Shown here: positions 35,854 to 49,419 of the stretch, in pieces
Position numbering within the stretch: the first letter of the stretch is position 1
Layout: every line of letters starts with the position of its first letter
The notes under the pieces: model-generated
What the model saw: the letters and a program-made list of their open reading frames with translations, nothing else
Told to the model about the DNA's origin: nothing
The model's database searches: none
Source of the DNA: Mobula hypostoma
Lineage: Eukaryota
Direction of reading: 5' to 3'
Length of the DNA: 60,000 nt
NCBI RefSeq assembly: GCF_963921235.1
Contig: NC_086097.1
Location: forward strand, 71,178,001-71,238,000
Position numbers and translations under genes: made by a program

Positions 35854-36965
35854 TCATAGAAAGATACACCGACAGTAACTTCCAGAGCATTAACATGAAG
35901 GAGATCTGCCAATTGACCGTCATGAAAAAGCATTGCCGCACTTTGGTGGTATTAGAGCAGGTTTCCTGGTTCAGCACATATACCTGAAAACCCATAAAGG
36001 CAATCTCATGTTGCTACTGTGGAATCCACACCTTAAATGGCATGGTCCGTTATAGAAGCACAACAGCTAAAATTTGTTAAAACTGTGGCTATATGGAAAT
36101 TAATGGACAGAGAAGCGTGAATGATTAGAGGAGACTTCCTGGGCGAGTTCCAGTCCAAAGCAACAGTCAGGCATACCTAGCAGGGGTGGTGGGTGGATCA
36201 GCTTGGAGTGAAACTTTTATGCCTGCTTGGGGAATGGGCTATTCTGGTAAATCTTTGTATTCCCTAGGCTTAAGGAAGAGGAGACGATCTTCTCCCTCTG
36301 AGTGTGAAGCTGGTCTGACCTCCCTAATGATCTTACCGTGATATGCGGCAGAATCTGCCTGGATTTGAGATCAGAGGATGGACTTGACTTGCGGTTCAGC
36401 CTGTGTAGACCTTTGTTTGCTGATAGTTATACACATTGATGGTCCTCTGTATAGTCTGGGTGGATAAGGGCTTCAGTGATGCATGCTTCTGTGTATTTTC
36501 TGGTGTGATCTCCTGGCTGTCTCTGTTTCAATTTGCATGCCATCCAGCACGAATGTTGAGCGTAGTCAAATACTCACTGGAAGACAGCTTTGAGGCCCAA
36601 AATTGGAAGTGTAGCTTTAAGTGTGAGATATGCATGGAATAAGCAGAACGGCTGCAGTGCTGTGGAACAGCCTGGCAAAGAGTACACTCTGAGTGTCATT
36701 GGCCCTTTAAATAGCGTGGTTTCAGAGGAAAGAGTGCTAGTAAAAACTGGCTGTGCTGTGAATAAACAAGGACTGTCATTTTTCTGATCAGTAATGTTGA
36801 AAATTACACTGGAAGGCAAATATGGGCATTGCTGTGTTGTTGACATAATTGGGAGGAATTTCATGGTAGAATCCTGTTACTCATGTCGATGAAAGTCCCT
36901 CCAGACAGTCAGGCCTGGAGTAGATTTGGTGGACATTTCCTCAGCGTAAGAACAGGAGAATTGCT

Positions 36966-37552
36966 GAATCAGGATCAGGTTGATTATCACTGACATATGT
37001 TGTGAAATCTGTTGTTCTGCAGGAGCAGTACAGAGCAAGACATAAAAATTACTATAAGTTGAAAAAATGTAAAAAAATTCAAAAGACAAAAAATGAAGTC
37101 GTGTTGCCGGGTTCATAGACTGTTCAAAAGTCTGGTGGCAAAGGGAAACAAGCTGTTCCTAAAATTTTGAGTGTGGGTCTTCAGACTTCTCTACCTCCTG
37201 CTCAATGGTGGTACGTGAAAAGGGCGTGGCACAGATGGCGAAGGTTTTTAATGATGGTTGCCACATTCTTGAGGAACTGTCTCTTGAAAGTGCCTTTCAT
37301 GGTTGTAAAGGTTGTGTGTATGATGGAGCTGACTGAGTTGACAATTCTCTGCAGCCTCTTGCAATCCTATGCATTGGCAGCACCATACCAAGCTGTGATG
37401 CAACCAGTCAGAATTCTCTCCACAGAACATCTATAAAAATCTTAAGAAGTCTTTAGTGACATACCAAATCTCCTCAAACTCCCAATAAAGAAGAACCACT
37501 GGTGTGTCTTCTTTGTGATTGCATCAATGTGTTGGGCCAAGGATAGATCACA
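36966..37552 (-). mobile_element. Rex1/Babar LINE 3' fragment
   Basis: Same tail and family as 34546-34960; minus strand carries a WYGA..RRLQRIV-like motif. Confidence 0.8.
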
Positions 37553-38165
37553 ATCCACCACTCGACCCCTCCAAGTGCCCAATATAAGAATAGTTTTGAT
37601 CTGTTGTCTTCAGTATTGAAGCAACACATTTCTGGGCCTGATTCGCATCTCAATTTTTTCCTGACATCACATTCCAAAAATAATTGGGCAGTATTAAGCA
37701 AAGCTGAATGATAACTTTTGCATACACAACCCTACCTTGAAAGAAGCTTCTTCTTAATTTTTTAATTAAATCAGATGCCTTGTTTTTATTAGCCAATGCT
37801 TGTTGTCAATATATTAAATGCTTAAATTATCTGTACCTTATTGGGCTGGAAGTTGGTTGGAAAGTCTGGCAGGCCCATGTTAGAACTATTGGGATTTCCA
37901 TCCAGTGATAGACTCCCTTCCGAGTATGAGACCCAACATATGTTGTCTGCCCTCATTGGCATCTGGCCAGCTGTGCTTTGACTTTGGACTCCTCAGGAGA
38001 CCCAGCTGGGCAGCCTTAATGTACAATTTCCCAGCATTTCCACCAGGGAATCTGCTTACTGACTTGTGGCAGGTTGGACTTCATTGAAGAATCATTCCTT
38101 TCAATTTAATGCAGAGGAAAGGCTGTGAGTAATTGGGTTAAGTATTAGGAAGCAGGCAGTTTTTG

Positions 38166-38606
38166 AATTAATTGAATTGAACTGACTTTATTACTTAGAT
38201 CCTTCATATACACGAGGAGTAAAAATCTTTATTTTGCAATGCATGCAATTTATAGTAATTTATAATAAATAGTATGTACAACAGGACAGTCAATATAACG
38301 TTGAAATACAGTTGTGTCAGCATGAATTAATCAGTCTGATGGCCTGGTGGAAGAAGCTGTCCCGGAGCCTAATGGGACTAGCTTTTATGCTGTGATACGG
38401 TTTCCCTGGATGGTAGCAGCTGGAATAGTTTGTGGTTGGGGTGACTCGGGCCTCCAATGATCCTTTGGGCCTTTTTTACACAGCTGCCTTTGTAAATGTC
38501 CTGAATAGTAGGAAGTTCACATCTACAGATGCGCTGGGCTGTCTGCACCACTCTCTGTAGAGCTGTGCAATTGAGGAAAGTACAGTTCACATACCGGGCA
38601 GTGATG
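38166..38606 (-). mobile_element. Rex1/Babar LINE 3' fragment
   Basis: ALQRVVQTAQRICRCELPTIQDIY..SHPNHKLFQLLPS; (AATTG)n tail; close relative of 39546-40386. Confidence 0.88.
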
Positions 38607-39030
38607 CACTCAAATTTACTTAAGTGTTACTAATTGAATTGTTTCATAATTATTAAATGCTTTGATTTTTTAAAAATACTTTAAATTATTTTGTGTTTTC
38701 CTGAATCGCTCACTTGATTTTTGTATGGATCTGTATTTTAGTGGTATTTAAAGTACTTGATAAGTTTTACAGCTAGCTAAGTTTGAGAGAACAGGTTAAC
38801 AGGCAGTTGGTGACTTTTGCGCTTGTTTGTGGGCAGGGGGTGTTGTAGCTTGCTAAACTGTACCAACCCCTGTCTCAGCAAAAGTCTCGTTGTGTAGATT
38901 AGATTGGGTTCAGAAGGTGGTGGAAATGGAAAAGGTAATTCATGCACAAAATTGGACAATATTATTCTCAAAATATTGATCTGCTTCTACCAATAAGCGT
39001 TTAAATCTAAAATGAATCTTCCTCCTACTA

Positions 39031-40758
39031 CAGGTCAACCGCCTTGAATCCGGCAATCAGAAATTTGGTTCCACTGCTGGTTCGGACAAAACTTTTGCCA
39101 GCCTAATTTCAAATTTCCCATGTCGCCGTGCCAACCCATCACCACTGTTTTGGTGGTGCCATTAGCAGAATTAGCTGTTGGCACAGTCTTTAAAAAAAGC
39201 AAGTTGTTCCTCTGTGTTATTCTGCATTTATTTTTATAGCTTGTGTTTATCTAGCCCCAGTCATGTCTTCTTTGAATAAAGGAAGTGCTCTCGTGGTGTA
39301 AAGTGCAAACACCATACGTTATCTATACAAGATAAGGAAGTTCTGAAAAAACTCAACAGTGGTGTGTCTGTGAAAAGCATACGTGACTTATATAACCTTG
39401 GCTTTTCCACAGGTTATGATACTGTACAAAGAAACAAGAAGTAAAGTAGCTCTAGTTCTTTGCTGACAGCAAACCAAAAAAACTGATGTGTATAAGGAAA
39501 ACAATGAAAGATGGATCATGTTAACAACTAGATGAAGTCCTCATAATGACACTTCACTGATTGGCCTATTCTCAAATAATAATGAGGCAGCCTACAGAGA
39601 AGTCATCACCCTGACACAGTGGTGTCAAGAAAACAACTTCTCCCTCAATGTCACAAAAACAAAGGAGCTGGTTGTGGACTACTGGAAGAATGGAGATAGG
39701 CTAGCCCCTATTTACATAAATGAATATGGGGTTGAGAGGGTGAACAGCTTTAAATTCTTCGGCTTAAACATCACTGAGGATTTCACGTGTCTGTAAATAC
39801 CGGATGTGCGGTAAAAAAGGCACAATAGCGCCTCTTTCACCTCAGACAGTTGAAGAAGTTTGGTATGGGCCCCCAAGTCCTAAGAACTTTCTATAGGGGT
39901 GCAATTGAAAGCATCCTGACTGACTGTATCACTGCCTGGTACGGGACCTGTACTTCCCTCAATCGTAGGACTCTGCAGAGAGTGGTGCGGACAGCCCAGC
40001 GCACCTGTAGGTGTGAACTCCTCACTTTTCAGGACACTTACAAAGACAGGTGTGTAAAAAGGGCCCGAAGGATCATTGGGGACCCAAGTCACCCCAACCA
40101 CAAACTGTTCCAGCTGCTACCATCCAGGAAATGGTACAGCAGCATAATAGATAGGACCAACAGGCTCCAGGTCAGCTTCTTCCACAAGGCCATCAGACTG
40201 ATTAATTCATGCTGTCGCAACTGTATTTCTATGTTATATTGACTATCCTGTTGTACATAATATTTATTATAAATTATTATAAATTGCACATTGCACATTT
40301 AGACGGAGATGTACCATAAAGATTTTTACTCCACAAATGAAGGATGTAAGTAATAAAGTCAATTTAATTCAATTCAATTCAATTCAAGTGGTTTAAACTC
40401 TACATCAGTGAAGGTGTAGAACTGTCAGGAGAGATGGTGAAGGAACAAGTGAAATTATTTCATGAAGAATTAGGACTGGATTACGAATGTGATTATAGTG
40501 AAGGGTGGGTTCAACATTTCAAGCAACGACATGGCATACAATTTTGTGCAGTGTTTGGTGAAAAACGGTCCGCAGCTGCTGAGTTTGTATGAGTTTGTTA
40601 AGTTAGTTTCTGATGAAAATTTAAGTCACAAGAAGGTCTACATTGTGCAGGAAACTACCTCATAGTGGCCTATTAACCTAACCACTGGCAATTCAACAAA
40701 ATCGCTAATCCGGTACTGCACAGGTGCCAATCATTCTGGATATGTGTTGGTCAACCTG
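39031..40758 (+). mobile_element. Tigger/pogo-type DNA transposon, internally deleted and interrupted by a LINE
   Basis: TA|CAGGTCAACC...GGTCAACCTG|TA ends; CENP-B-like HTH remnants KHHTLSIQDK.., KWFK..SGEMVKEQ..YSEGWVQHFKQRHGI..GEKRSA. Confidence 0.82.
39546..40386 (+). mobile_element. Rex1/Babar LINE 3' fragment inserted in Tigger
   Basis: WCQENNFSLNVTKTKELVVD, FYRGAIESILTDCITAWYG motifs; (AATTC)n tail. Confidence 0.9.
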
Positions 40759-41417
40759 TACTTATTTTCCATCTGTTTCACTGTACAGTGCATTGTGGTC
40801 CAAAGGGTTGTGCCCTTCTCCTTTTATCCAACCTTCCCTGCATGCAGACCCATCTGTTGGTGTGAAAATAGAATTGGCCTATATCATATGATTTATCATT
40901 GACTTGAAAAGGCAATTGTCCAGCTAAATCTAAGGTATTAGATTTCAGGCTGACTAAGAAGGTACAATGCAAGTCCTTTGCAATATTTTTGTGATGATGT
41001 TGGTCATTGAGGGATGTTGTTTTTAGAAGAAGAGGCATGTGCAATATTAGTGGTGCCATGATTTATCACTGAAGGCAGTTACATCAATGAATGATGGCAT
41101 GAGAATTCTCATCCTATTGTTAGTGATATTAATGAGGAAGCTGTGGATTTCCTATGGCTTAATGCAACAGACGCTGCTCTAACACAGACTGAAGCAAGAC
41201 TTTCTAGGTGCAGATCCATGGTGTCGTGAGACTAACGGATGCCACCACCAGTGCAACCATCGGCAGCACTCCACTGATGGTTAGGTAATGCTTCCATCTC
41301 TACATAAAAAAATGTTCCAAGAGGCAAAACTGCCCACAGGAGTATGTGCTAGCAGGAGAACTTCTGCTCCAGTATGGACCCAAGGAGAACCGAATAAGAA
41401 AGTAATAAAAACGGGTA

Positions 41418-41549
41418 TCCTGCTGAAGGCTGTCAGCTCGAACATCGACTGCACTCTTTTCCATAGATGCTGCCTGGCCTGTTGAGTTCCTCCAGCATTT
41501 TGTGTGTGTTGCTTGGATTTCCAGCATCTGCAGATTTTCTCTTGTTTGT
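41418..41549 (+). mobile_element. PLE pseudo-LTR fragment with mutated hammerhead core
   Basis: CCTGCTGAAGGCTGTCAGCTCGAACATCGACT..GATGCTGCCTGGCCTG..CAGCATCTGCAGATTTTCTCTTGTTTG. Confidence 0.8.
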
Positions 41550-42524
41550 GATAAGAATGGAATTGACGGGTTTGTGGCAAAGTTTGCTGATGATACAAAG
41601 ATAAGTTGAGGGGTGGGTAGTGCTGAGGAAGCAATGTGATTGCAACAGGACTTAGAGGAAATTGAAGAATGGGCAAAATAGTGGTAGATGGAATACAGTG
41701 TTTGGAAACGTATGATAATGTAAAAGGAACAATAGCGCAGACTATTATCTAAATGGGGAGATGGTTCAAATATTGGAGGTGCAAAGGGACTTAGGAGCCC
41801 TCGTGGAAGACTCCCAGAAGGTTAATTTAGGTTGAGTCTGTGGTAAAGAAGGCAAATGGAATGTTGATACTTATTTCAAGGGGAACAGAATATAAAAAAA
41901 CGGGAGACAATGATGAGGCTTTATAAGACACTAGTCAGGCTGCACTTGGAGTATTGTCAACAGTTTTGGGTCTCATATCTCAGGAAAGATGTTTTGTCAT
42001 TGTAAAGAGTCCAGAGAAGGTTTACAAGGATGATTCTGGGAATGAATGGGTTTAACATATGAGAAGTGTTTGGCAGCTTTGGGCCTGTACTCACTGGAAT
42101 TTAGAAGAATACGGCGGGGGGGGGGCGTAGGGCGGATCTCATTGAAACCTACCGAAGGTTGAAAGGACTAGATAGGGTGGATCTGGAGAGGATATTTCCT
42201 GTGGTAGGGCGATCCAGAAATAGAGGGCACAGCCTCAAAATTGAGGGGCAACCTTTTAAAACAGAGGTAAGGAGGAATTTTTTTAGCCAGTGAGTAGTGA
42301 ATCTGTGGAATGCTTTGCCACAGAATGTGGTGCAGGCCAAGTCTGTGGGTATATTTAAGGCAGAAGTTGATAGTTTCCTGATCGGTCACGGCATCAAGAA
42401 TATGGCGAGAAGGCAGATGTATGCGTTTGAGGGGGATGTAGGATCAGCCATGATGGAATGGTGGAGCAGACTCGACAGGGTTAATGACCTAATTCAGCTC
42501 CTGTGCCTTATGGTCTTACGGTCT
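41550..42524 (+). mobile_element. CR1 LINE 3' fragment
   Basis: VAKFADDTK, LHLEYCQQFW, VVNLWNALP motifs; tail CTTATGGTCTTACGGTCT. Confidence 0.92.
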
Positions 42525-42949
42525 AAATATTTGCAATTATACGGTGCTTTTCACGAGCAGTCTGAATATAGTCAAGGAAGTAGTCACTTTTGTAACACAT
42601 GAACCCTGATAGCTAAACTGCACACTGTAATGGTCCACACACAATGAGATAATATACACATATTGTGCTTTTGTAGAACTTTGAAAGGAAAACATTTGTC
42701 AGGACACCAGACATAACTTCCCCAGTGATAGACATCATGATATACAGTTGACAGAGTCTGTGTATATTTGGTCCACTTCCCACACTATTGTTTTCACCCA
42801 ATCTTTCCTTCTAGAACCACAACTCCCTTGGACTCATCTTCCACTCTTTCAGCCTCTTCACCCAACTGATCATCCCCTGTTATTCCTGCTGCCTTCAGCA
42901 GCGGAGAATCTTTTCCTCCTTTCCTTTTCCAATCCCTCTCTGCAATATT

Positions 42950-43350
42950 CTGGTTTATCCTCCATCACTGACATTATGTCACCCCCTGCCTATGCACCTT
43001 CCTACGCATCTAAAGATGCAAGGCCTGGCCTGAGCTTCCACTGTTCATGGGACGTGGCCCTGGGTAATCTTTCTGGGTCAGCTAGGGATTTACTGGTATA
43101 CTACATTTACTGCTCCTGATGTGTTCAGCTGTGTTTGGAGAGGGTAAAATGCAGAATGAATGATCATTTTGAAAATGGCACTACATAAACTGTCAGTGTT
43201 GGTCCGGAGTTTCCACTGATCTTTAATTTTGGATCCCACTTTCATTCTGTCTGAGTCTGCAGCACTTTCTTAATGAAGACCAAGGTACTCTGCATATTCT
43301 TACAACTAAGCTTGTTGTCCTCCAGAAAATGTTCAATAATTTTAGTTAGG
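42950..43350 (+). mobile_element. Very old PLE GIY-YIG remnant
   Basis: LVYYIYCS*CV..GE..NDHF pattern parallels VIYCVRCSRCG..GET..GDRF. Confidence 0.45.
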
Positions 43351-45499
43351 TTGGTTACATCCACTCTTAGTTCTACTGCATCTCCCCTTAGCAACTTTTA
43401 AAAAATCATATATTGTCGGATATCCTGGATTCTATCTTTTCACAAACTTTCCCTCATCACTGTATTTCAGCATTCTCAATTGCATTTTGAAGATTTCCAA
43501 TATTTGCAGGATTTTGCTTTCTTAAAATCCTGTTGCTCTTTCAGATAGTTCCATGAGGGCTTACAGCTCACTAATGCAAGTGCTGGTAATCATAATGGAT
43601 TCAGTATGATTAGTACTGGGCACGATAACCTGGGTTATAATGAAAAGCTCTCAGGCTGGTCATCCACATTGATTTGCTACAGAATGATGCTCCTTCAGCT
43701 CGATCTGACAATGTATCTTCATGCTGACCCTTGTTATCCTAATGCAATATTTCACATATTGGGCACCCTTGAGAAAACCCTGGAGAAGACACCAAGTTCA
43801 AAGCCAATTTAGGTTAGATTTGCATAACACATCTAGCTAAGGTTTAAAGTGCGCGCGCACACGCACACACACCAAATGTTTAACTCAAGACCCAATAGCC
43901 AGCATGAAGAGAATGTGAGAATGTTGCTTGCCATCAATCCAGATTTAATTCTAATTCAACAATTGAAGGTAGAGATACAGTAACACCCACAAGCCTAAAT
44001 TCCCAATGGAATGGACTTCCTTCTGTATTACATATTTGCTTATAATGTTACACATTGTCTATTTTATTCCCACTCATCCTTTGGATTTCTTGGACCTTGC
44101 ACCAAACGTGAGTAACTTCCAATGTCATTCAACTCGCAGATGCCATTTTGAGTCAGCTAAAATGGAAGCTTGCTGGTGTGGAGACAAGAAAATATATCCC
44201 AGTTCCCTGCACCCTGGTGCATAGATGCTTAAGCATAAAATGCCAACCTACTGTCTTGACTGACTGAATAATGTTGATTTGGCTCTCAGTATCCATTATC
44301 ACCAGCTTCCAATCTGTCCACCAATAGGTTGGATATAGTTTCTTCAAGTCAATTTGGATGAGTTCAATTTTGCTAATTGATCATGCTGTCCAAAAACCAG
44401 TTGGAGAATTGAGAAACCTGTAAATTCTGATTCTTGGCTCTGCATCTAGGTCACTGATAATATCATGAAAAGCAGATGTTGGAAAACCCTGTCCCTGTGG
44501 TGTTATTGATTGGTATCTAATGTAGGACATGCCCATTCATCCAGATTCCATTATCCATTCAATCACTTTTTAGCAATCTCCCCTTACGTTCGCCGGCCAT
44601 AACTTCTTTTGACAGACTCTAGTGAAACACTTTGTCAAACACTCCATGAGTTTATCTGTACAATAGGCCACACAGCAACGTACAAGCAGGATAAACAGAG
44701 GAGAGACCACAAAGACAATCATATTCCTAGCTATCAGTCTTACAACTGAGGTGAGTGTTTTGTTTTAAAGAAATTTTTTTCTCTCTTTTTCTGATAAAGA
44801 TAAAAGGGTGGATAGGAATATAAAGTATCTACTATGGCATATGTATTTTCCTGAAATTATAAGATGTCAGGAAAAGGAAGATTTATTTCAATACCGTATG
44901 GCCATCACAATACAGCCATATATTACATTTTTTGCCTAATATATTATACAAAACTTTGGATGAGGGGAAAAGCATTGTCTTGTACTGCTTTACTTTATTT
45001 TCTAATGATTGTCTTTGTTTTAATGCATCAAGATGATCGCTGAAGACACAGCACCTCCCCATCTGTTAGTAGCAATGCAAGCACGGACCATCTGGTCAGT
45101 AATCCATGCCAAGTTAGTGGCAACTGGCATTGTGGGCTGTACAATGTAATATCTGTGTTGATAGTGCCTTGTTCATCTGAAAGTATTTATGATATATCTG
45201 TCTTTTCTGTAATGCAGTCATTTACCAGAAGTGATAAGACTCCTATTTATTTTCTTTACTAAGATAGGTTCTCAGAAACTAATTAGTCCCAATTGTGTAA
45301 TGATGCAAGAGAATTTTCATCCATAGTACTGCTGCAAGTAGATTTCAATTATATTTTACTGTTTTCTCTGTTGCTTTGAGAAAACTGTTGTGTGTAGGGC
45401 ATTAGGCTTCTGGAAGATTGTATTTTAAAATGCTGAATCAATCTAGTGAACCTTTAAGGTAAGCACATGGAGCACCTAAATAACATTTCACCATTCCAA

Positions 45500-46600
45500 A
45501 GAAGTCTTCAGCAAAGCCTTTGCAGTAGCAGCCAGGCATCCTTATCTTTGTTCTTCAACCTCCTTGCCATCAAGACCTCCATACTATTTACTTCGATTAT
45601 TTTTTGATGTATGTTTTAACTTCACATGCTTCATATAAAAGGCCAACACCTATAACAATTTTCCTCGTACTCTACGCAACTACTTTAACAAGAGATTCCA
45701 GTTTATTCCCAAAGAATTATGTAAAGCTAGTGCTCTATAGTTCCTTCATTTCTCTCTCCCAACTCTCTTGAATAGGGGTGCCACATTCTTTAACTTTAAG
45801 TCTGTTGGGAGAATTTCTACATCGAGGAAATCCACCACCATTTTTGTGGCCAGTACTGGGGTGTGGACCATTAATTCCAGATTTGTTAATTTTAGACATG
45901 CTTATTCCCTCGGCATCTTCTCTTTGCTGATAGCAATTCTTTAATTCAACACTCTCTTGTTGAATCCTCAATTCCACATTACTTATTGTATGCTATTTGT
46001 AACTTCCACTTGAGGACAGATGAAAAAATGACAAAAGCCTTATATCTCACTTTAATTTCTTCTGCTGTATCCTTTACATCATCCGGCTTGTTTTCACTAG
46101 TCTCATTTTACTGACTATCTAGTAGATTTTTTAACCTAGATTTTTTTTCTCACTCCTTATTTTTGGCAACATCATATGATCCTTATTTTAGTTCAACGTC
46201 AACCTTACTCTTTTTTAGCCATGTATGGATTAAGCTTAATGAATTTGTAGTTTTCCACATACTGTATGTACCATTCCTTGAAAATCTTTTTTGGTGAATA
46301 GAAGTTATGGAAACAATAAGCCTGGCTCCAGAACTACAACGATACAGTTCTTAAGTTACCTGGTCTAAAAAGACTGACATCATCCCAGAAAGTCCCTCGT
46401 GGACATTTTTACTTCCTGTATTAGTTCCAAGCTATCTTCAAGTCTGTAGCATCAATCATATCCTTCAATCTTTTCCTCCAGTAGTCCTTCACTTATTTCT
46501 TTCCAACAATCAAGCAGCCAATCACAAGAGTCACGATTTTAATGTACTGTTTAACCTGTTTTAAGATGTTTAACCTGTCTCATAGTGAGAGTTACTATTT
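45500..46600 (-). mobile_element. Old CR1 LINE remnant
   Basis: Minus-strand NVAPLFKR-like motif (CTCTTGAATAGGGGTGCCACATT); heavily decayed. Confidence 0.5.
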
Positions 46601-48119
46601 CCATTGTCCATCACCGATGGCAATAGTAGTTTGTCAAATTGAATAATGAAACACCCATGAATCACTATCCATGGATTGTAGATATGACGCAACTTCAATA
46701 AGGTTTTACATAATGATAATTTTCAATGATTTTAAGACCTGAGCTAAGCTTCGATAGAGCTCAGTTGCAATCCTTCAAGAAAGATACTATAATATGGAAA
46801 CAAAGAGAAGTTTGATTGTCTGAAATTCAAGAGGGAAATGCACTTTCAGCAGTCTTGTTTTTTTATGATTACTATCTCAGTCAATAAACTTTATCTAATC
46901 CTGCTTCATCATTTAAAACTACCTACAGACTAATGTGAATCTCCAGGGACAAATCCAATACATAGTGACAAAGAGGATGTACTCCTTCTGGTGTGAATGG
47001 GAGAGTTGTTAGAAGACTGTGTGAGGTATAAATAACATTATAATGCAACCATTTAGTTGTGAAGGAAAGAAAGTCTCTTATTGTAACAAAGAGACCTGCT
47101 TTTCTTCTGTGGGTTAAATTTGTTGACCTTCAGTATTTCCCTAGGCACCTATGTTATGGTCATATTTGGGCCCTTTACATCATTTGAAGTAAACAGTGAA
47201 AAAATGTGAGTAAACAGTTTATTTCAACTGAGGAAAGGGAGGCTGTGCTTAATTGAGTTTTGGTGATAGATACGGTACAAATGGAACAAAATACTATGGT
47301 GAAGCAAAGCAAGAAACTGATAACTTACAAGAGTTTTTACAAAAGCTTTTGTTATGAATGGAAAATTAGTCTTGTTACTAAATGTAATTACTACTTCCTG
47401 AAACAAGTTAAACTGTCCCATTTCAAAAAAAAGAAAAAAATTTGTTTTCTTTCCCACTAAATTGCCAGTTCTTTCTACTCACAAACATGAGAAAGAAAGA
47501 TGGAAAAGAAAACAATTCCTACCCTATGTAACATATACCTAATCAGATTATTTTAGTAAACTGAGAGAGGTACAAGGAAACCAGAAGTTAACATAAACTT
47601 GGAAGGAATTAGGTCTGTTAAACAGGATGTCCCGGTGTATTTTTCCATCAAATTATGTATTTGTTTTCATTGTGTCACTTGTCTTTCTGACAGTGGATGC
47701 TCAGAGTGTCACCACATGCTCATGGTGTCATTACAAATGTTATATATATATATAATTTGCCATCACTTCCTGAAAGCCCCACTCTGAGTCATTAATTATC
47801 TTCACCTTCATTGCCACCGGGGCAAAAACTGTGCCGAATAGCATAAAGGGAATACCTTCACAATAAAAGTGCATGTGTTAAAGAAGAGGGCATGTGATCA
47901 TCATTTCAATACCAACGACCAGAGATAGAGATAATTTTGAATCAATTCCTAGCATCTTCAGAATGTGGTATGTCATGTTTTAGTGATACTTAAAAGACAG
48001 TGATGTAGAATTTAAAAACGCAAACACAAGGAATTCTGCAAATGCTGGAAATTCAAGCAACACACATCAAAGTTGCTGGTGAACACAGCAGGCCAGGCAG
48101 CATCTCTAGGAAGAGGTAC

Positions 48120-48155
48120 AGTCGACGTTTCGGGCTGAGACCCTTCGTCAGGCCC
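48120..48155 (-). ncRNA. Minimal hammerhead ribozyme (stem I mismatch)
   Basis: Minus strand: GGGC-CTGACGA-AGGGTCTCAGCCC-GAAA-CGTC-GACT. Confidence 0.65.
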
Positions 48156-48219
48156 AAATGAAGGAAGAGCTAGTAAGAAGGAAGAGATTTCAAATCTCTT
48201 ACTAGCTCTTCCTTCAGTT

Positions 48220-48255
48220 AGTCCTGATGAAGGGTCTCGGCCCGAAACATCGACT
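48220..48255 (+). ncRNA. Minimal hammerhead ribozyme (AUC variant)
   Basis: AGTC-CTGATGA-AGGGTCTCGGCCC-GAAA-CATC-GACT. Confidence 0.65.
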
Positions 48256-48460
48256 GTACCTCTTCCTAGAGATGCTGCCTGACCTGCTGCGTTCACCAGC
48301 AACTTTGATGTGTGTTGCATGATGTAGAATTGCTAAGCAAATATTATACTTCAAATTTAAGTTACTATTGCAAAAATTTGATGGTAAGCATTGTTAAACA
48401 ATTTAAATTCAGATTGGATTTGAATCCTTAATAAAAGTTGATAATCATCCATTTAATAAT

Positions 48461-49367
48461 ATAGAAACATAGAAACATAGAAAATAGGTGCAGGAGTAGG
48501 CCATTTGGCCCTTCGAGCCTGCACCGCCATTTATTATGATCATGGCTGATCATCCAACTCAGAACCCCGCCCCAGCCTTCCCTCCATACCCCCTGACCCC
48601 CGTAGCCACAAGGGCCATATCTAACTCCCTCTTAAACATAGCCAATGAACTGGCCTCAACAGTTTGCTGTGGCAGAGAATTCCGCAGATTCACCACTCTC
48701 TGTGTGAAGAAGTTTTTCCTAATCTCGGTCCTAAAAGGCTTCCCCTCTATCCACAAACTGTGACCCCTCATTCTGGACTTCCCCAACATCAGGAACAATC
48801 TTCCTGCATCTAGCCTGTCCAATCCCTTTAGGATCTTATACGTTTCAATCAGATCCCCCCTCAATCTTCTAAATTCCAACGAGTACAAGCCCAGTTCATC
48901 CAGTCTTTCTTCATATGAAAGTCCTGCCATCCCAGGAATCAATCTGGTGAACCTTCTTTGTACTCCCTCTATGGCAAAGATGTCTTTCCTCAGATTAGGG
49001 GACCAAAACTGCACACAATACTCCAGGTGTGGTCTCACCAAGGCCTTGTACAACTGCAGTAGTACCTCCCTGCTCCTGTACTCAAATCCTCTCGCTATAA
49101 ATGCCAGCATACCATTCGCCTGTTTCACCACCTGCTGTACCTGCATGCCCACTTTCAATGACTGGTGTATAATGACACCCAGGTCTCGTTGCACCTCCCC
49201 TTTTCCTAATCGGCCACCATTCAGATAATAATCTGTTTTCCTATTTTTGCCACCAAAGTGGATAACTTCACATTTATCCACATTAAATTGCATCTGCCAT
49301 GAGTTTGCCCACTCACCCAACCTATCCAAGTCACCCTGCATCCTCTTAGCATCCTCCTCACTGCTAA
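48461..49367 (-). mobile_element. Young 5'-truncated CR1 LINE with uninterrupted ORF2 C-terminus (48559-49341)
   Basis: QGDLDRLGEWANSWQMQFNVDKCEVIHFG..LYKALVRPHLEYCVQFWSP..FFTQRVVNL; (CATAGAAA)n tail. Confidence 0.95.
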
Positions 49368-49419
49368 CAATGTATATGAATAAAATCTCTGATCAGAGTG
49401 TAGAAATATCTACAGTAAT

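Larger units (their letters stand above)
48013..48319. mobile_element. Palindromic PLE pseudo-LTR pair (no ORF) with 12-bp TSD
   Basis: TGATGTAGAATT at 48001-48012 and 48320-48331; arms are inverted about AAGAGATTT-C-AAATCTCTT (48182-48200). Confidence 0.92.

Noticed and set aside
41418..41450. Functional hammerhead
   Set aside because: Core altered (CTGCTGA, GAAC) and stem I lost; the copies near 3930 and 4995 are similarly decayed
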